In this document: piece after piece, positions 47,486-56,775 of the stretch
Numbering within the stretch: position 1 is the first letter of the stretch
How the letters are laid out: the number at the start of each line of letters is the position of its first letter
Assembly: GCA_964627805.1 (NCBI GenBank)
Contig: CAZVLA010000023.1
Coordinates: 1,993-65,992 of the forward strand
Source of the DNA: an uncultured Desulfurococcaceae archaeon
Lineage (GTDB): Archaea > Thermoproteota > Thermoprotei_A > Sulfolobales > NBVN01
Length of the DNA stretch: 64,000 nucleotides
Reading direction: 5' to 3'
Translations under genes and position numbers: made by a program
The notes under the pieces: generated by a model
Told to the model about the DNA's origin: nothing
Seen by the model: only the letters and a program-made list of their open reading frames with translations
The model's database searches: none

Positions 47486-48421
47486 GTGAGTTACCCTAAC
47501 TACGTTAGGAAGCTCATGGAGGAGGTCCTTAAGCTAAAGGAGCGTAGGAAGGCAGTTATTCTAGCTCATAACTACCAACTACCTGAGGTTCAGGACGTAG
47601 CTGACTTCGTAGGTGATAGTCTCGAGTTAGCTAGGAAGGCATTAACGGTAGATGCTGACGTCATAGTATTTGCTGGTGTTTCATTCATGGCTGAAATGGT
47701 AGCCGCTTTAAACCCGGATAAGGTAGTACTTCATCCAGACCCTAGGGCTAGGTGCTTACTAGCTGATATGCTAACCCCCGAGCATGTTAGGAGGGTTAGG
47801 GAGGAGAGTCCTAACACACCATTAATACTCTACGTAAACTCACCTACGGAGCTTAAGGCGTTAGCTGATTACGTAGTAACTAGCTCATCAGCTGCTAAGT
47901 TAGTATCTAAGTTAGGTGTTGATGAGGTCATACTAGCGCCCGATAAGAACTTAGCTGATTACGTAGCTCAAGTAACTGGTGTTAAGGTTAAGGCACTACC
48001 TAAGTACGGTCACTGCCCCATACATGAGAACTTAATAAGTAGGTACTACGTGGAGAAGGCACTTAGTAAGTACCCCGGAGCTAAGGTGATAATACATCCG
48101 GAAGCACCTAGGGATGCTAGGGAATTAGCTGTTAGGGTAGGTAGTACTAGTCAAATGCTTAAAGCAATACCTGAGGTAGGTGGTGGTACCATATTACTAG
48201 GTACGGAGGAGGGGCTGACCTACAGAGCTAGGAAGCTATACCCTAACCTAGACATTAAGCCCTTAAACCCCATAGCCGTATGTACGGACATGAAGAAGAT
48301 ACACTTACTCAATATTAAGGAGTCGCTAGAGAAGCTAAGACCTAGGGTTGAGTTGAGTAGGGACGTACTTAAGAGGGTTAAGGAGGTTATTGAGGAGTCC
48401 TTAAGAGTGATAGGTAAGTAG
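47486..48421 (+). CDS. nadA: Quinolinate synthase
   Basis: ILAHNYQLPEVQDVADFVGDS, GVSFMAE, RCLLADM, LYVNS, VVTSS, CPIH, HPE, GST, CTDMKK. Confidence 0.96.
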   Translation: MSYPNYVRKLMEEVLKLKERRKAVILAHNYQLPEVQDVADFVGDSLELARKALTVDADVIVFAGVSFMAEMVAALNPDKVVLHPDPRARCLLADMLTPEHVRRVREESPNTPLILYVNSPTELKALADYVVTSSSAAKLVSKLGVDEVILAPDKNLADYVAQVTGVKVKALPKYGHCPIHENLISRYYVEKALSKYPGAKVIIHPEAPRDARELAVRVGSTSQMLKAIPEVGGGTILLGTEEGLTYRARKLYPNLDIKPLNPIAVCTDMKKIHLLNIKESLEKLRPRVELSRDVLKRVKEVIEESLRVIGK

Positions 48422-48474
48422 TTAAGGACACATGTTTTAAAGTAGTGCACAAACCTATCTTAGGTGCTTAAGTA

Positions 48475-49335
48475 TTGATTGAGTCACTACTTAGGAAGTT
48501 CATGGAGTGGGTTAGTGAGGACGTACCCTTCTGGGACTTAACTACTGAAGCCCTAATACCTCCTGGAGTGGTTATTGAGGCTGTAGTGATTTCTGAAGGT
48601 AATTACGTAGTAGCTTGTACGGAGGAATTAGCTAATGTACTTGAGTTACTAGGTATTGACGTCCTAGAGTACGTACCTAGTGGTTCCTTAGTTAGGGAGG
48701 GTTCAGTAGTTATGAGGTTAAGGGGTGATGCTAGGAAGTTACTGACTATTGAGAGAACCCTACTCAACCTACTAACCTACCTAAGCGGGGTAGCTACTAG
48801 GACTAAGGAATTCGTAGATGCTGTTAAGTCAGTGAATCCTAGGGCTAGGGTAGCAGCTACTAGGAAGGTAGTCCCGGGACTAAGGTACTTAGTTAAGAAG
48901 GCTGTTAAGGTTGGTGGTGGGGATACGCATAGGTTCTCATTAAGTGATGCCTACATAATTAAGGATAACCACTTAGCTATCGTAGGTAATTTAAGGGATG
49001 CATTAAGGAGGGTCAAGTCAGTAGCTTCATTCATTCATAAAGTAGAGGTTGAGGTTAGTAAGGCTGAGGAAGCCGTAATAGCTGCTAGGGAGGGTGCTGA
49101 CGTAGTCATGCTAGATAACGTAACACCAGCTGAGGTTAGGAGAGCTGTTGAGTTACTTAAGCATGAGGGGCTACGTGATAAGGTAGTTATTGAGGTTAGT
49201 GGAGGTATTAACTTAAGGAATGTTAAGGAGTACGTGAGGGCAGGTGCTGACGTAGTAAGTACGAGTGAATTAACTATGAATCCAGTAAAGGTAAATATGA
49301 GTATGGAAGTTGTTAAGGTGGTGAGTAAGTCTTGA
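48475..49335 (+). CDS. nadC: Quinolinate phosphoribosyltransferase (nicotinate-nucleotide pyrophosphorylase)
   Basis: EDVPFWDLTT, ERTLLNLL, SGVAT, ATRKVVPG, HRFSLSD, IKDNH, EVEV, MLDN, EVSGGI. Confidence 0.96.
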   Translation: MIESLLRKFMEWVSEDVPFWDLTTEALIPPGVVIEAVVISEGNYVVACTEELANVLELLGIDVLEYVPSGSLVREGSVVMRLRGDARKLLTIERTLLNLLTYLSGVATRTKEFVDAVKSVNPRARVAATRKVVPGLRYLVKKAVKVGGGDTHRFSLSDAYIIKDNHLAIVGNLRDALRRVKSVASFIHKVEVEVSKAEEAVIAAREGADVVMLDNVTPAEVRRAVELLKHEGLRDKVVIEVSGGINLRNVKEYVRAGADVVSTSELTMNPVKVNMSMEVVKVVSKS

Positions 49336-50153
49336 GGAGAGTAGCAATAATAGGTTGCGGAGCCATAGGTACTGAATTAGCTAAGGCAATAGATAACGGT
49401 ACAGTACCTGCTGAACTAACAGCACTCTACGACATAATTAAGGATAAGTGCGTAGAACTCACTAAGTCACTTAAGAACTCATCACCTAAGGTAGTAAGTA
49501 GTATTGATGAATTACTAAGTACTAAGCCTGACGTAGTTGTTGAAGCAGCTAGTCAGGAAGCTGTTCGTGAGTACGCACTTAAGGTACTTAAGTCAGGTGC
49601 TGAATTCATGATAATGAGTGTAGGTGCTTTACTTGATGAGGGATTCTTCAATGAGTTAATTAAGGCTACTCGTGAGTACGGTGTTAAGGTGCATGTACCG
49701 ACGGGAGCTATTGCTGGTTTAGACGCTATTAGGGCCTTAAGGTTAGTGGGTATTGATGAGGTAATTATTAGGACTAGGAAACCAGTTAAGGCACTAGCTA
49801 AGTCACCCTACGTAACAAGGTTAGGTATTGACTTAAGCAGTATTAAGGAGCCTAAAGTAATTTTCAGGGGTAGGGCTAGGGAGGCAGTTAAGGCCTTCCC
49901 AGCCAACATTAACGTATCGGCAGCACTGACCCTAGCGGCTGGTGTTGAGGCTTACGTAGAGATAGTTGCTGACCCAACGATAAGTAGGAATGTCCATGAG
50001 ATTGAGGTCAGGTCTAGAGCTAGTAGGTTATTAGTTAGGGTTGAGAACGTACCAACACCTACTAACCCTAAGACGAGTTACTTAGCTACCTTATCAGCTA
50101 TTGAGGCACTAAAGGAGATTTGTGAGGAGAGGGGTATTAAGGTAGGTACTTAA
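49332..50153 (+). CDS. nadX: L-aspartate dehydrogenase
   Basis: GCGAIG, VEAASQEAV, MSVGAL, PTGAIAGLDA, RKP, AREAVKAFPANINVSAA, NPKTSYLA; in an operon with nadA-nadC. Confidence 0.95.
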   Translation: MRRVAIIGCGAIGTELAKAIDNGTVPAELTALYDIIKDKCVELTKSLKNSSPKVVSSIDELLSTKPDVVVEAASQEAVREYALKVLKSGAEFMIMSVGALLDEGFFNELIKATREYGVKVHVPTGAIAGLDAIRALRLVGIDEVIIRTRKPVKALAKSPYVTRLGIDLSSIKEPKVIFRGRAREAVKAFPANINVSAALTLAAGVEAYVEIVADPTISRNVHEIEVRSRASRLLVRVENVPTPTNPKTSYLATLSAIEALKEICEERGIKVGT

Positions 50154-50213
50154 GGAGTCATCAGCTACTCCCGTTTTAAGCCCTCCAACAACCAGTTCTT
50201 TAGTGGTGTGTAG

Positions 50214-51521
50214 ATGCTACTAGCGCACTTAGCGGATACTCACTTAGGTCACTCACAGTACGGACTTACTTGGCGTGAGGATGACGTTTACAGAGTGTTT
50301 AGGGAGGCTTTCGATGAGGCTATCCGTGAGGGTGTTGACGTTATCGTAATAGCTGGTGACTTATTCGATAGGTTTAGACCACCTAATAAGGCACTTAAGG
50401 TAGTTATTGAGGAGGTTAGTAAGGCAGTATCTAAGGGTATTAAGGTCTATGCAGTACTTGGTGAGCATGACACACCTAGGAGGCGTGACTACGCACCGCA
50501 CGTAGTAATACCTAACTTAAGGACCTTAGGGACCTCTGAAGGTAATGAGTACGACGTAGTGAGTATAGGTGGTCGTGAGTACTTCATAGCTGGGCTATCT
50601 AATCAACCAGCTAGGAGTAAGTACCTTAAGTGGCTTAAGAATAGGGTTGAGGAGTTAGGTAGGTTAGTTAAGGGTAGGAAGTCAGTACTAGTAATGCATC
50701 AATGCATTAAGCAGTTCTTCGCTTTTGAGGAGGGTATAGACTTAAGCGACATACCGAGTACCTTCACCTACGTAGCTATGGGGCACCTACATAGGAGGGT
50801 AATTAGGAAGTTAGAGAACGGCTCAGTAATAGCTTACGCAGGAAGTACTGAGATACTTAGGCGTGATGAGGTTGAGGACTGGAGGAGATACGGTAAGGGG
50901 TTCTTCATAGTTGACTTAAGTACTGATGAACCCCACGTACATAGAGTAGACTTAAGAGTTAGGCCTCAAGTAGTCGTAATTACTGATTGGAGGAGGTACT
51001 TATCAGACGTTAAGTCCGGATTAAGGGAGTTAAGTGAGTTATGTAACTCAAGTAAATTCGATAGAGGTATCATACATGTAGACGTAGCGATTAAGGAGGG
51101 TGTAGGCGTTAAGGATGAAGTGTATAGGAGGATTAATGAGTTAATTAGTAAGTATAAAGTAGCTTACTCAAGAATAAGAACCACCTACGTTAAGGAGCTG
51201 AGGAGGGAGGGTAATTACGTGGAGTATGAGCCAGTCATCGATGAGGTTAAGGTAGTAGCTAAGATACTAGGTAATACAGAGCATGAGCATTACTTAAGAG
51301 TCGCTAGGGAGATTATTAAGTTAAAGAACATCCTAGCAGGTGCCGAGTCAGGTGATGTAGAGGAGGTAATTAATGAATTAATTAAGTACGTTGATGTATG
51401 GTCAGATAAGATACCTGAACTACCTAAGGAACCGCCTAAGTACTTAAGTACTACCTCATTAAGTAGGGGTAGCTTAGGTAGTGGCTCAAGTGGTAAGGGA
51501 TTACTTAAGTTTCTAGGGTGA
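50214..51521 (+). CDS. mre11: DNA double-strand break repair nuclease Mre11
   Basis: HLADTHLG, AGDLFD, LGEHD, H of motif IV (VMHQ), MGHLH, YAGS; upstream of rad50. Confidence 0.93.
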   Translation: MLLAHLADTHLGHSQYGLTWREDDVYRVFREAFDEAIREGVDVIVIAGDLFDRFRPPNKALKVVIEEVSKAVSKGIKVYAVLGEHDTPRRRDYAPHVVIPNLRTLGTSEGNEYDVVSIGGREYFIAGLSNQPARSKYLKWLKNRVEELGRLVKGRKSVLVMHQCIKQFFAFEEGIDLSDIPSTFTYVAMGHLHRRVIRKLENGSVIAYAGSTEILRRDEVEDWRRYGKGFFIVDLSTDEPHVHRVDLRVRPQVVVITDWRRYLSDVKSGLRELSELCNSSKFDRGIIHVDVAIKEGVGVKDEVYRRINELISKYKVAYSRIRTTYVKELRREGNYVEYEPVIDEVKVVAKILGNTEHEHYLRVAREIIKLKNILAGAESGDVEEVINELIKYVDVWSDKIPELPKEPPKYLSTTSLSRGSLGSGSSGKGLLKFLG

Positions 51522-54367
51522 TGTACTTGATAACTATTAAGAAGGTTTACTTGAGGAACTTCATATCTCATAAAGAGACTATGTTAAGCTTCGACCGTGG
51601 AGTTACCGCGTTAGTAGGTAGGAATGGAGCTGGTAAGTCAAGTATTGTTGAGGCCATATACTTCGCATTAACTGGTGACGTACTTAGGGGGGAGTCTAGG
51701 AGAGGTGGTAGAAGTAAGAGGGGAGTAATTAATGACTACACGAAGGAGAATGAAGCAGTAGTTAAGCTGTGGCTGGACGTTGATGGTGAGGAGGTAATTA
51801 TTGAGCGTAGGTGCTTCAGAAGCTCCATACAGGCTAGGCCAGTCGACAATAGAGTGTTACGTAATGGTAGGACCGTAGCTATAGGTGCTAGTGAGGTTGA
51901 TAAGGAAGTATCTAAATTATTAGGTGTAAGTACTAAGACACTCAAGGAGGTCGTTAGGTCAGCCCTAGTAATACCTCAAGGAGAGGTAACTAGCTTACTG
52001 GAGTCTAGGCCTTCAGATAGGAAGTCAAGGATAGATAAGGTATTAGGTCTTGAGAATTACGAAAAAGCTAAGGAACGCCTCGATAATTACTCAATAAGTA
52101 TACAGTTAAGTAATGGTACACGCCTCTCGCTATACCCTAAGAGGAATTCCTTAGAGGATCTAAGGACGACCTACTTAAACAGGTTAAGTGAGTTAAGTAG
52201 TAGAAATGAGGAGTTAAGGAAATTAATTAAGGAGGTTGATGAACTGCGTAAGTTAATCAATGAGTTAAGGAAGAAGAAAGAGGATGTTGAGGGTAAGTTA
52301 AGTAAGTTAGAAAGTGATCGTGATAGGGTTAAGAGCGAGTATGAGAGGCTTAAGGCATTAAGTGAGAATGTAGATGAGCTCAAGAGGAAGTTGAGTGAGA
52401 AGCGTAGAGCTAGGGAGGAGATCGTTAGTGAACTCAATGAATGCGTTAACGCAGAGAAGAAATTACGTAAAATTAGTGAGAAACTCAAGATCAAGGACTT
52501 AGTTAGTAAAGCTAAGGAACTCGAGGATCAGAGAAGGGAGGTTGAGAGTAGGTTAAGGGAGGTTAATGTAAGGATAGATCACCTGAGGGGTAAGTTAGAG
52601 GAGCTTAAAGAATTAAGGAGGAAGTACCCAGAAGGTATTGAGGAAGCACTCAATAAATTCAGGAAGGCTCGTGAGGAGTTAGGGAGGCTTAAGGCTGAGA
52701 GGGAGGATCTTGAGGGTAGGGAGCGGGAGTTAAGTAACTTAGTAACTAGGTTAGATACTGAAGTGAGGGGCATTAAGGAACGCATTAATAGCGTATTAAG
52801 GAGGGCCTCTGAGGTAGTAAGTAAGGAGTTCAGTAACATTCATGAGGCATTAAAGGAGGTTAATAGTACCTTAAGTAGGGTTGAGTCTGAAGTTAATGAG
52901 TTAAGTAATGAAGTAGTTAGTGTAAGGTCTGAGATCGAGTCATTAAGTAGGGATGAGGATGACATTAAGGGTAAGTTAAGGTACTTAAGAAGCACTGGGG
53001 AATTGAGTAAGTGCCCGCTATGCCAGCAACCACTAACACCTAAGCTTAGGAATGAGCTAATCAGTAAGTTTGAGAATGAATTAAGTATGATTAAGCTCAA
53101 GAGGGAGAAGCTTAGAGAGAAGCTACGAAGTATTGAAGCTAGGTTAGACTCCATTAAGTCACTTAGGGATAGGTTAAGGGACATCGAAGGTAGGCTTAAG
53201 GAGCTACTTAATGAAGAGGAGTTAATGAGTAGTAAGGAGAGTAAGTTGAGGGGCGCTAAGGAGGAGCTTAAGAGAATTAGGAGTAAGTTGAGTGAGCTAA
53301 GGGATAAGGAGGTAGAGCTTCAGGAGTTGATAATGAGGCTAGGTAGTGTTGAGGATGACTACAGAAGGTTTAGGAAGTTAATTGAGGAGGGGGTGTCTGA
53401 GGAGTTGCTGAATGAATTAGTTAATGAAGCTAATAACTACTTAAGTAGGTTAAGGGACATTAAGAGTGAATTAAGTGGCTTAAGGGGTAAGATTAAGGAG
53501 GTCCTAGGTACTGAGGACCTTACAAAGGCTTCTGAATTAGTTAATGAGTTGGAGCGTGAGTTCATCGAATTAAGTAGTAGGGTATCGAGGAAACCTAGGA
53601 TTGAGGAGCAGCTCAGGAGAGTTAATGAGGAGATTAAGGAGTATGAAGAGGGTTTAAGGAGGGTTAAGGAGTACTTAAAGAGAATGGAGGAGCTTAGTAA
53701 GAGACTTAAGGATATTGAGGAGAGGTGTAGTGAGCTTAAGAAAGTTAAGGAGGAGTTGATAGGGGAGTTAAAAGCTACGAAGGAGAGGCTTGAGGATCGT
53801 GAAAGAAGTATTAAGGAGGTTAAGGAGTTAGTAGGTAATTTAGAGAGGGACCTTAAGACCCTTAGGGATGCCTGGCGTAAGTTATGTGTACTTAACTGGA
53901 TTAGGGATAAGGTATTTCATAAGGATGGCGCCCCCAAGTTACTTAGGAAGGAGTTAATAAGGGGTATTGAGGAGTTAATGAGGAGATACCTAGAGTACTT
54001 CAACTTAAGCTACTCAGACGTTAAGATAGATGAGGAACTCAACATATACTTAATCAGTGGTGGTACTGAGGTAGGTGTTGGTAAGTTAAGTGGTGGTGAG
54101 TCCGTAGCTACGTCAATAGCGCTGATACTCTCACTACATCAGGCAGTACTCAGGGGTAAGTTGGGGTTCCTAGTACTTGATGAACCAACCGTACACTTAG
54201 ATGAGGAGAGGGTTAAGGACTTAATGGAGATAGTGAGGAACTTCAAGGGTGGTGGGGTAATACCTCAGTTAATAGTAGTTACTCACCATAATGAGGTTAG
54301 GGACGTAGCTGATACCGTATATGAAGTAACTAGGGAGAGGTACTCAGTAGTTAAGGAGGTTACTTAA
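51518..54367 (+). CDS. rad50: DNA double-strand break repair ATPase Rad50
   Basis: Walker A GRNGAGKSS, long coiled coil, zinc hook CPLC, signature LSGGE, Walker B LVLDEPT, VTHH. Confidence 0.95.
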   Translation: MMYLITIKKVYLRNFISHKETMLSFDRGVTALVGRNGAGKSSIVEAIYFALTGDVLRGESRRGGRSKRGVINDYTKENEAVVKLWLDVDGEEVIIERRCFRSSIQARPVDNRVLRNGRTVAIGASEVDKEVSKLLGVSTKTLKEVVRSALVIPQGEVTSLLESRPSDRKSRIDKVLGLENYEKAKERLDNYSISIQLSNGTRLSLYPKRNSLEDLRTTYLNRLSELSSRNEELRKLIKEVDELRKLINELRKKKEDVEGKLSKLESDRDRVKSEYERLKALSENVDELKRKLSEKRRAREEIVSELNECVNAEKKLRKISEKLKIKDLVSKAKELEDQRREVESRLREVNVRIDHLRGKLEELKELRRKYPEGIEEALNKFRKAREELGRLKAEREDLEGRERELSNLVTRLDTEVRGIKERINSVLRRASEVVSKEFSNIHEALKEVNSTLSRVESEVNELSNEVVSVRSEIESLSRDEDDIKGKLRYLRSTGELSKCPLCQQPLTPKLRNELISKFENELSMIKLKREKLREKLRSIEARLDSIKSLRDRLRDIEGRLKELLNEEELMSSKESKLRGAKEELKRIRSKLSELRDKEVELQELIMRLGSVEDDYRRFRKLIEEGVSEELLNELVNEANNYLSRLRDIKSELSGLRGKIKEVLGTEDLTKASELVNELEREFIELSSRVSRKPRIEEQLRRVNEEIKEYEEGLRRVKEYLKRMEELSKRLKDIEERCSELKKVKEELIGELKATKERLEDRERSIKEVKELVGNLERDLKTLRDAWRKLCVLNWIRDKVFHKDGAPKLLRKELIRGIEELMRRYLEYFNLSYSDVKIDEELNIYLISGGTEVGVGKLSGGESVATSIALILSLHQAVLRGKLGFLVLDEPTVHLDEERVKDLMEIVRNFKGGGVIPQLIVVTHHNEVRDVADTVYEVTRERYSVVKEVT

Positions 54368-54393
54368 CCTAATTAACTCAATATAATCGTAAG

Positions 54394-54981
54394 GTGTGCT
54401 CCATGGACATTAAGTCCCTAATTAAGTTAGTAGATGCTGTTGAGGCACTTAAGCTACTACCTAGGACAGGGTGGTTACTTAGGGGTATACATCCCTCGAT
54501 AGCTGAGACAGTCTCCTCACATACCTACGAGGTAGCTGTACTTGGCTTACTGCTTAGTCGTGAGTTAAGTGGGTTAGGTAGGGAAGTTGATGTAGGGAAA
54601 GTACTTACTATGGCCTTAATCCACGACCTAGCTGAAGCATTCATTGGTGACTTACCCTACGAACTCACGAGGAGGTTAGGTAGTGTTAAGGAAGTTATTG
54701 AGCTCGAGGTTCTTAAGGAGTTAATCAAGGATAATGAATTAATCAGTATCATTAATGAGTACGTAAGTAAGGGAAGCACTGAAGCTAAGTTAGTTAAGCT
54801 ATGCGATTACCTATCAACCTACATACAAGCAATTAACTACTTAAACCACGGATTTACTGATGTTCAGGACATTAGGGATAGGGTTGAGGGTGTTATTAAG
54901 GAGTTGCTATTGGATAGCGACTTAAGACCACTTAGTGAGTTAGTTAATGAGTTGATTAAGGAGTTACGTGAGAAAAACTAG
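54394..54981 (+). CDS. HD-family hydrolase (YfbR-like 5'-deoxynucleotidase)
   Basis: LKLLPRTGW, ETVSSHT, MALIHDLAEAFIGD, KLCDYL. Confidence 0.88.
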   Translation: MCSMDIKSLIKLVDAVEALKLLPRTGWLLRGIHPSIAETVSSHTYEVAVLGLLLSRELSGLGREVDVGKVLTMALIHDLAEAFIGDLPYELTRRLGSVKEVIELEVLKELIKDNELISIINEYVSKGSTEAKLVKLCDYLSTYIQAINYLNHGFTDVQDIRDRVEGVIKELLLDSDLRPLSELVNELIKELREKN

Positions 54982-56543
54982 CTATTAGCCCAGCAGGCCT
55001 CACTACACCCCACCCTTAGGTACTTCCTAGGTGAGTATCTAGTGTACTCACCAACACCTACGGCCTTAAAGCTATACTCCCTACCATTAATTACCGCCTT
55101 ACCAGCCCATAAAGTGAATGCCCTACCCCAAGTAGTTGTTGCGTTAGGGTTCCACCACGTACCTAAGGACCTAGGCCACGTAGGTGGCCAGTAATTAATT
55201 ACCTTACCATACATTCTTAAGTAGCCATTAGGTAACTTAGCGTATACCCTGAACCACTTAGGTTGAATACTACCGTCATCAACTACCGTGAAGTTACTAA
55301 CATCCACTACCTCACCATTAACTACCATCCTTAACTGATGCTCTAGAGTTACGTTTAGTGGTGATGGGTTTCTTGAATACGTTAGCGCTATGTAGAACCC
55401 CCTACCCTTAATCACCATACACGTAAAAGCTACTGGTGAGCCCCTACCGTGGGTTACTGCCTCCTCATTAAGTATTAGGGACCTATGTGATGCTCTATCA
55501 AATACGAAGAACCCCCTAAACACCCCCTTATGATTACCTACCTTAACAGTTACTTCAGCAGGTCCTACGACCCAGAACCCCGACCATAGGTCAATACCCT
55601 TAACTCTAGAATATATACCGTGTGGTAAGTATGTACTACCCCAACCACCTAACCACATAGGCGGTCCTTCAGGCTTACCTACGACCTTAATTAACTCCTC
55701 ACTACTTCTTAAGTTAATTATTGCGTGTATCCATGTGTGGTTACTTACTACGTACTCTATGTACTGCATGTAATTATGGCTTAAGTCGTACTCGTAAACC
55801 TTAACGTAGTTACTCCCCTCCTCGTAATACAGTGGCCCCGTGAATAACGTATTAAGTACCCTCCACTTACCACCGATGAATACTCTAGGTCTGAACACAC
55901 CCTCCGTAGGGCTTAGGGGTAGCCTACCTTGATACGCTACTACCTTACCATCCTCAGACCTACCTACAGCGACTAGTATGAAGCAACTAAGTACCCAATT
56001 ACGGTCATTTCGAGGGTACGTTAAGTAGCCGTACTTACTCCTTACGAAGACCGTACCTAGTGGTACGAAGTCCCACTTGCTAGGTTGCTTAGTACTCACT
56101 AGTGCGTACGGCTTAATAGTGAAGTTAAGCTTACTTACTGACCCCCTAAGTACTGGGTTGCTGAGGAGTTCCTCAGCCTTCTTAAGTAATTCCTCAGCCC
56201 TACCTAAATCACCCCTCCTTAAGTACCAAGCACTAGATAGTAGTAGGTAGTGAGCGTAGGTAGTGTCGTAGCCCTCACTATGGAGCTTACGGGCCTTACT
56301 GATTAACGACTTAATGACGTCCTTGAGGCTCTCACTACTAGTTACTGCCTTAGTTAGTTTAGTTAGTTTAGTTAGTGATGCGTTACTACCTATTACCTCA
56401 GTATTAATGCTTCCTGAGGATTTACCTGGAGTGCCTCGGTAGCTACTATTAATTACTAATACGTAATACAGTAATGAAATAGTCACTACTGATGTGAGGA
56501 CTAAAGTAATGATTAAGTACTTATACCTACCCATGAGGTACAC
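54978..56543 (-). CDS. Hypothetical secreted protein, aromatic- and beta-rich
   Basis: N-terminal TM/signal, a short helical (TPR-like) segment, then a Trp/Tyr/Gly-rich beta domain. Confidence 0.65.
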   Translation of the reverse strand: MYLMGRYKYLIITLVLTSVVTISLLYYVLVINSSYRGTPGKSSGSINTEVIGSNASLTKLTKLTKAVTSSESLKDVIKSLISKARKLHSEGYDTTYAHYLLLSSAWYLRRGDLGRAEELLKKAEELLSNPVLRGSVSKLNFTIKPYALVSTKQPSKWDFVPLGTVFVRSKYGYLTYPRNDRNWVLSCFILVAVGRSEDGKVVAYQGRLPLSPTEGVFRPRVFIGGKWRVLNTLFTGPLYYEEGSNYVKVYEYDLSHNYMQYIEYVVSNHTWIHAIINLRSSEELIKVVGKPEGPPMWLGGWGSTYLPHGIYSRVKGIDLWSGFWVVGPAEVTVKVGNHKGVFRGFFVFDRASHRSLILNEEAVTHGRGSPVAFTCMVIKGRGFYIALTYSRNPSPLNVTLEHQLRMVVNGEVVDVSNFTVVDDGSIQPKWFRVYAKLPNGYLRMYGKVINYWPPTWPRSLGTWWNPNATTTWGRAFTLWAGKAVINGREYSFKAVGVGEYTRYSPRKYLRVGCSEACWANS

Positions 56544-56589
56544 CGGTAGTTAACGCGTAGTCGTACTTAGTAAGGAATTCCCTAAGTAG

Positions 56590-56622
56590 GGACTGGAACG
56601 ATTAAGGAACGAGGACTGGAAC
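56590..56622. repeat. Direct repeat GGACTGGAAC x2 (23-bp spacing)
   Basis: Copies at 56590-56599 and 56613-56622, upstream of the minus-strand secreted protein. Confidence 0.55.
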
Positions 56623-56668
56623 ATAAGTAATTAAATTTATTTTAAACTCTCGAACACTTACTTACTCA

Positions 56669-56717
56669 GTGATGAGTCCGTAGGGAAGTGATTGATGATC
56701 GTGGAGTTTTCGGCTGA
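56669..56717 (+). ncRNA. Box C/D 2'-O-methylation guide sRNA
   Basis: C GTGATGA (56669-56675), guide GTCCGTAGGGAA, D' GTGA, C' TTGATGA (56692-56698), guide TCGTGGAGTTTTCGG, D CTGA (56714-56717). TTTAAA TATA-like box at 56641-56646. Confidence 0.82.
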
Positions 56718-56775
56718 TTATAGCGATCTTGTTGTTACGTGTTTAAAAAGGATGGGTTTAAGTTTATTAATTACT

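Noticed and set aside
50158-50164. Minus-strand CTGATGA C-box-like word
   Set aside because: No D or D' boxes at the expected spacing.
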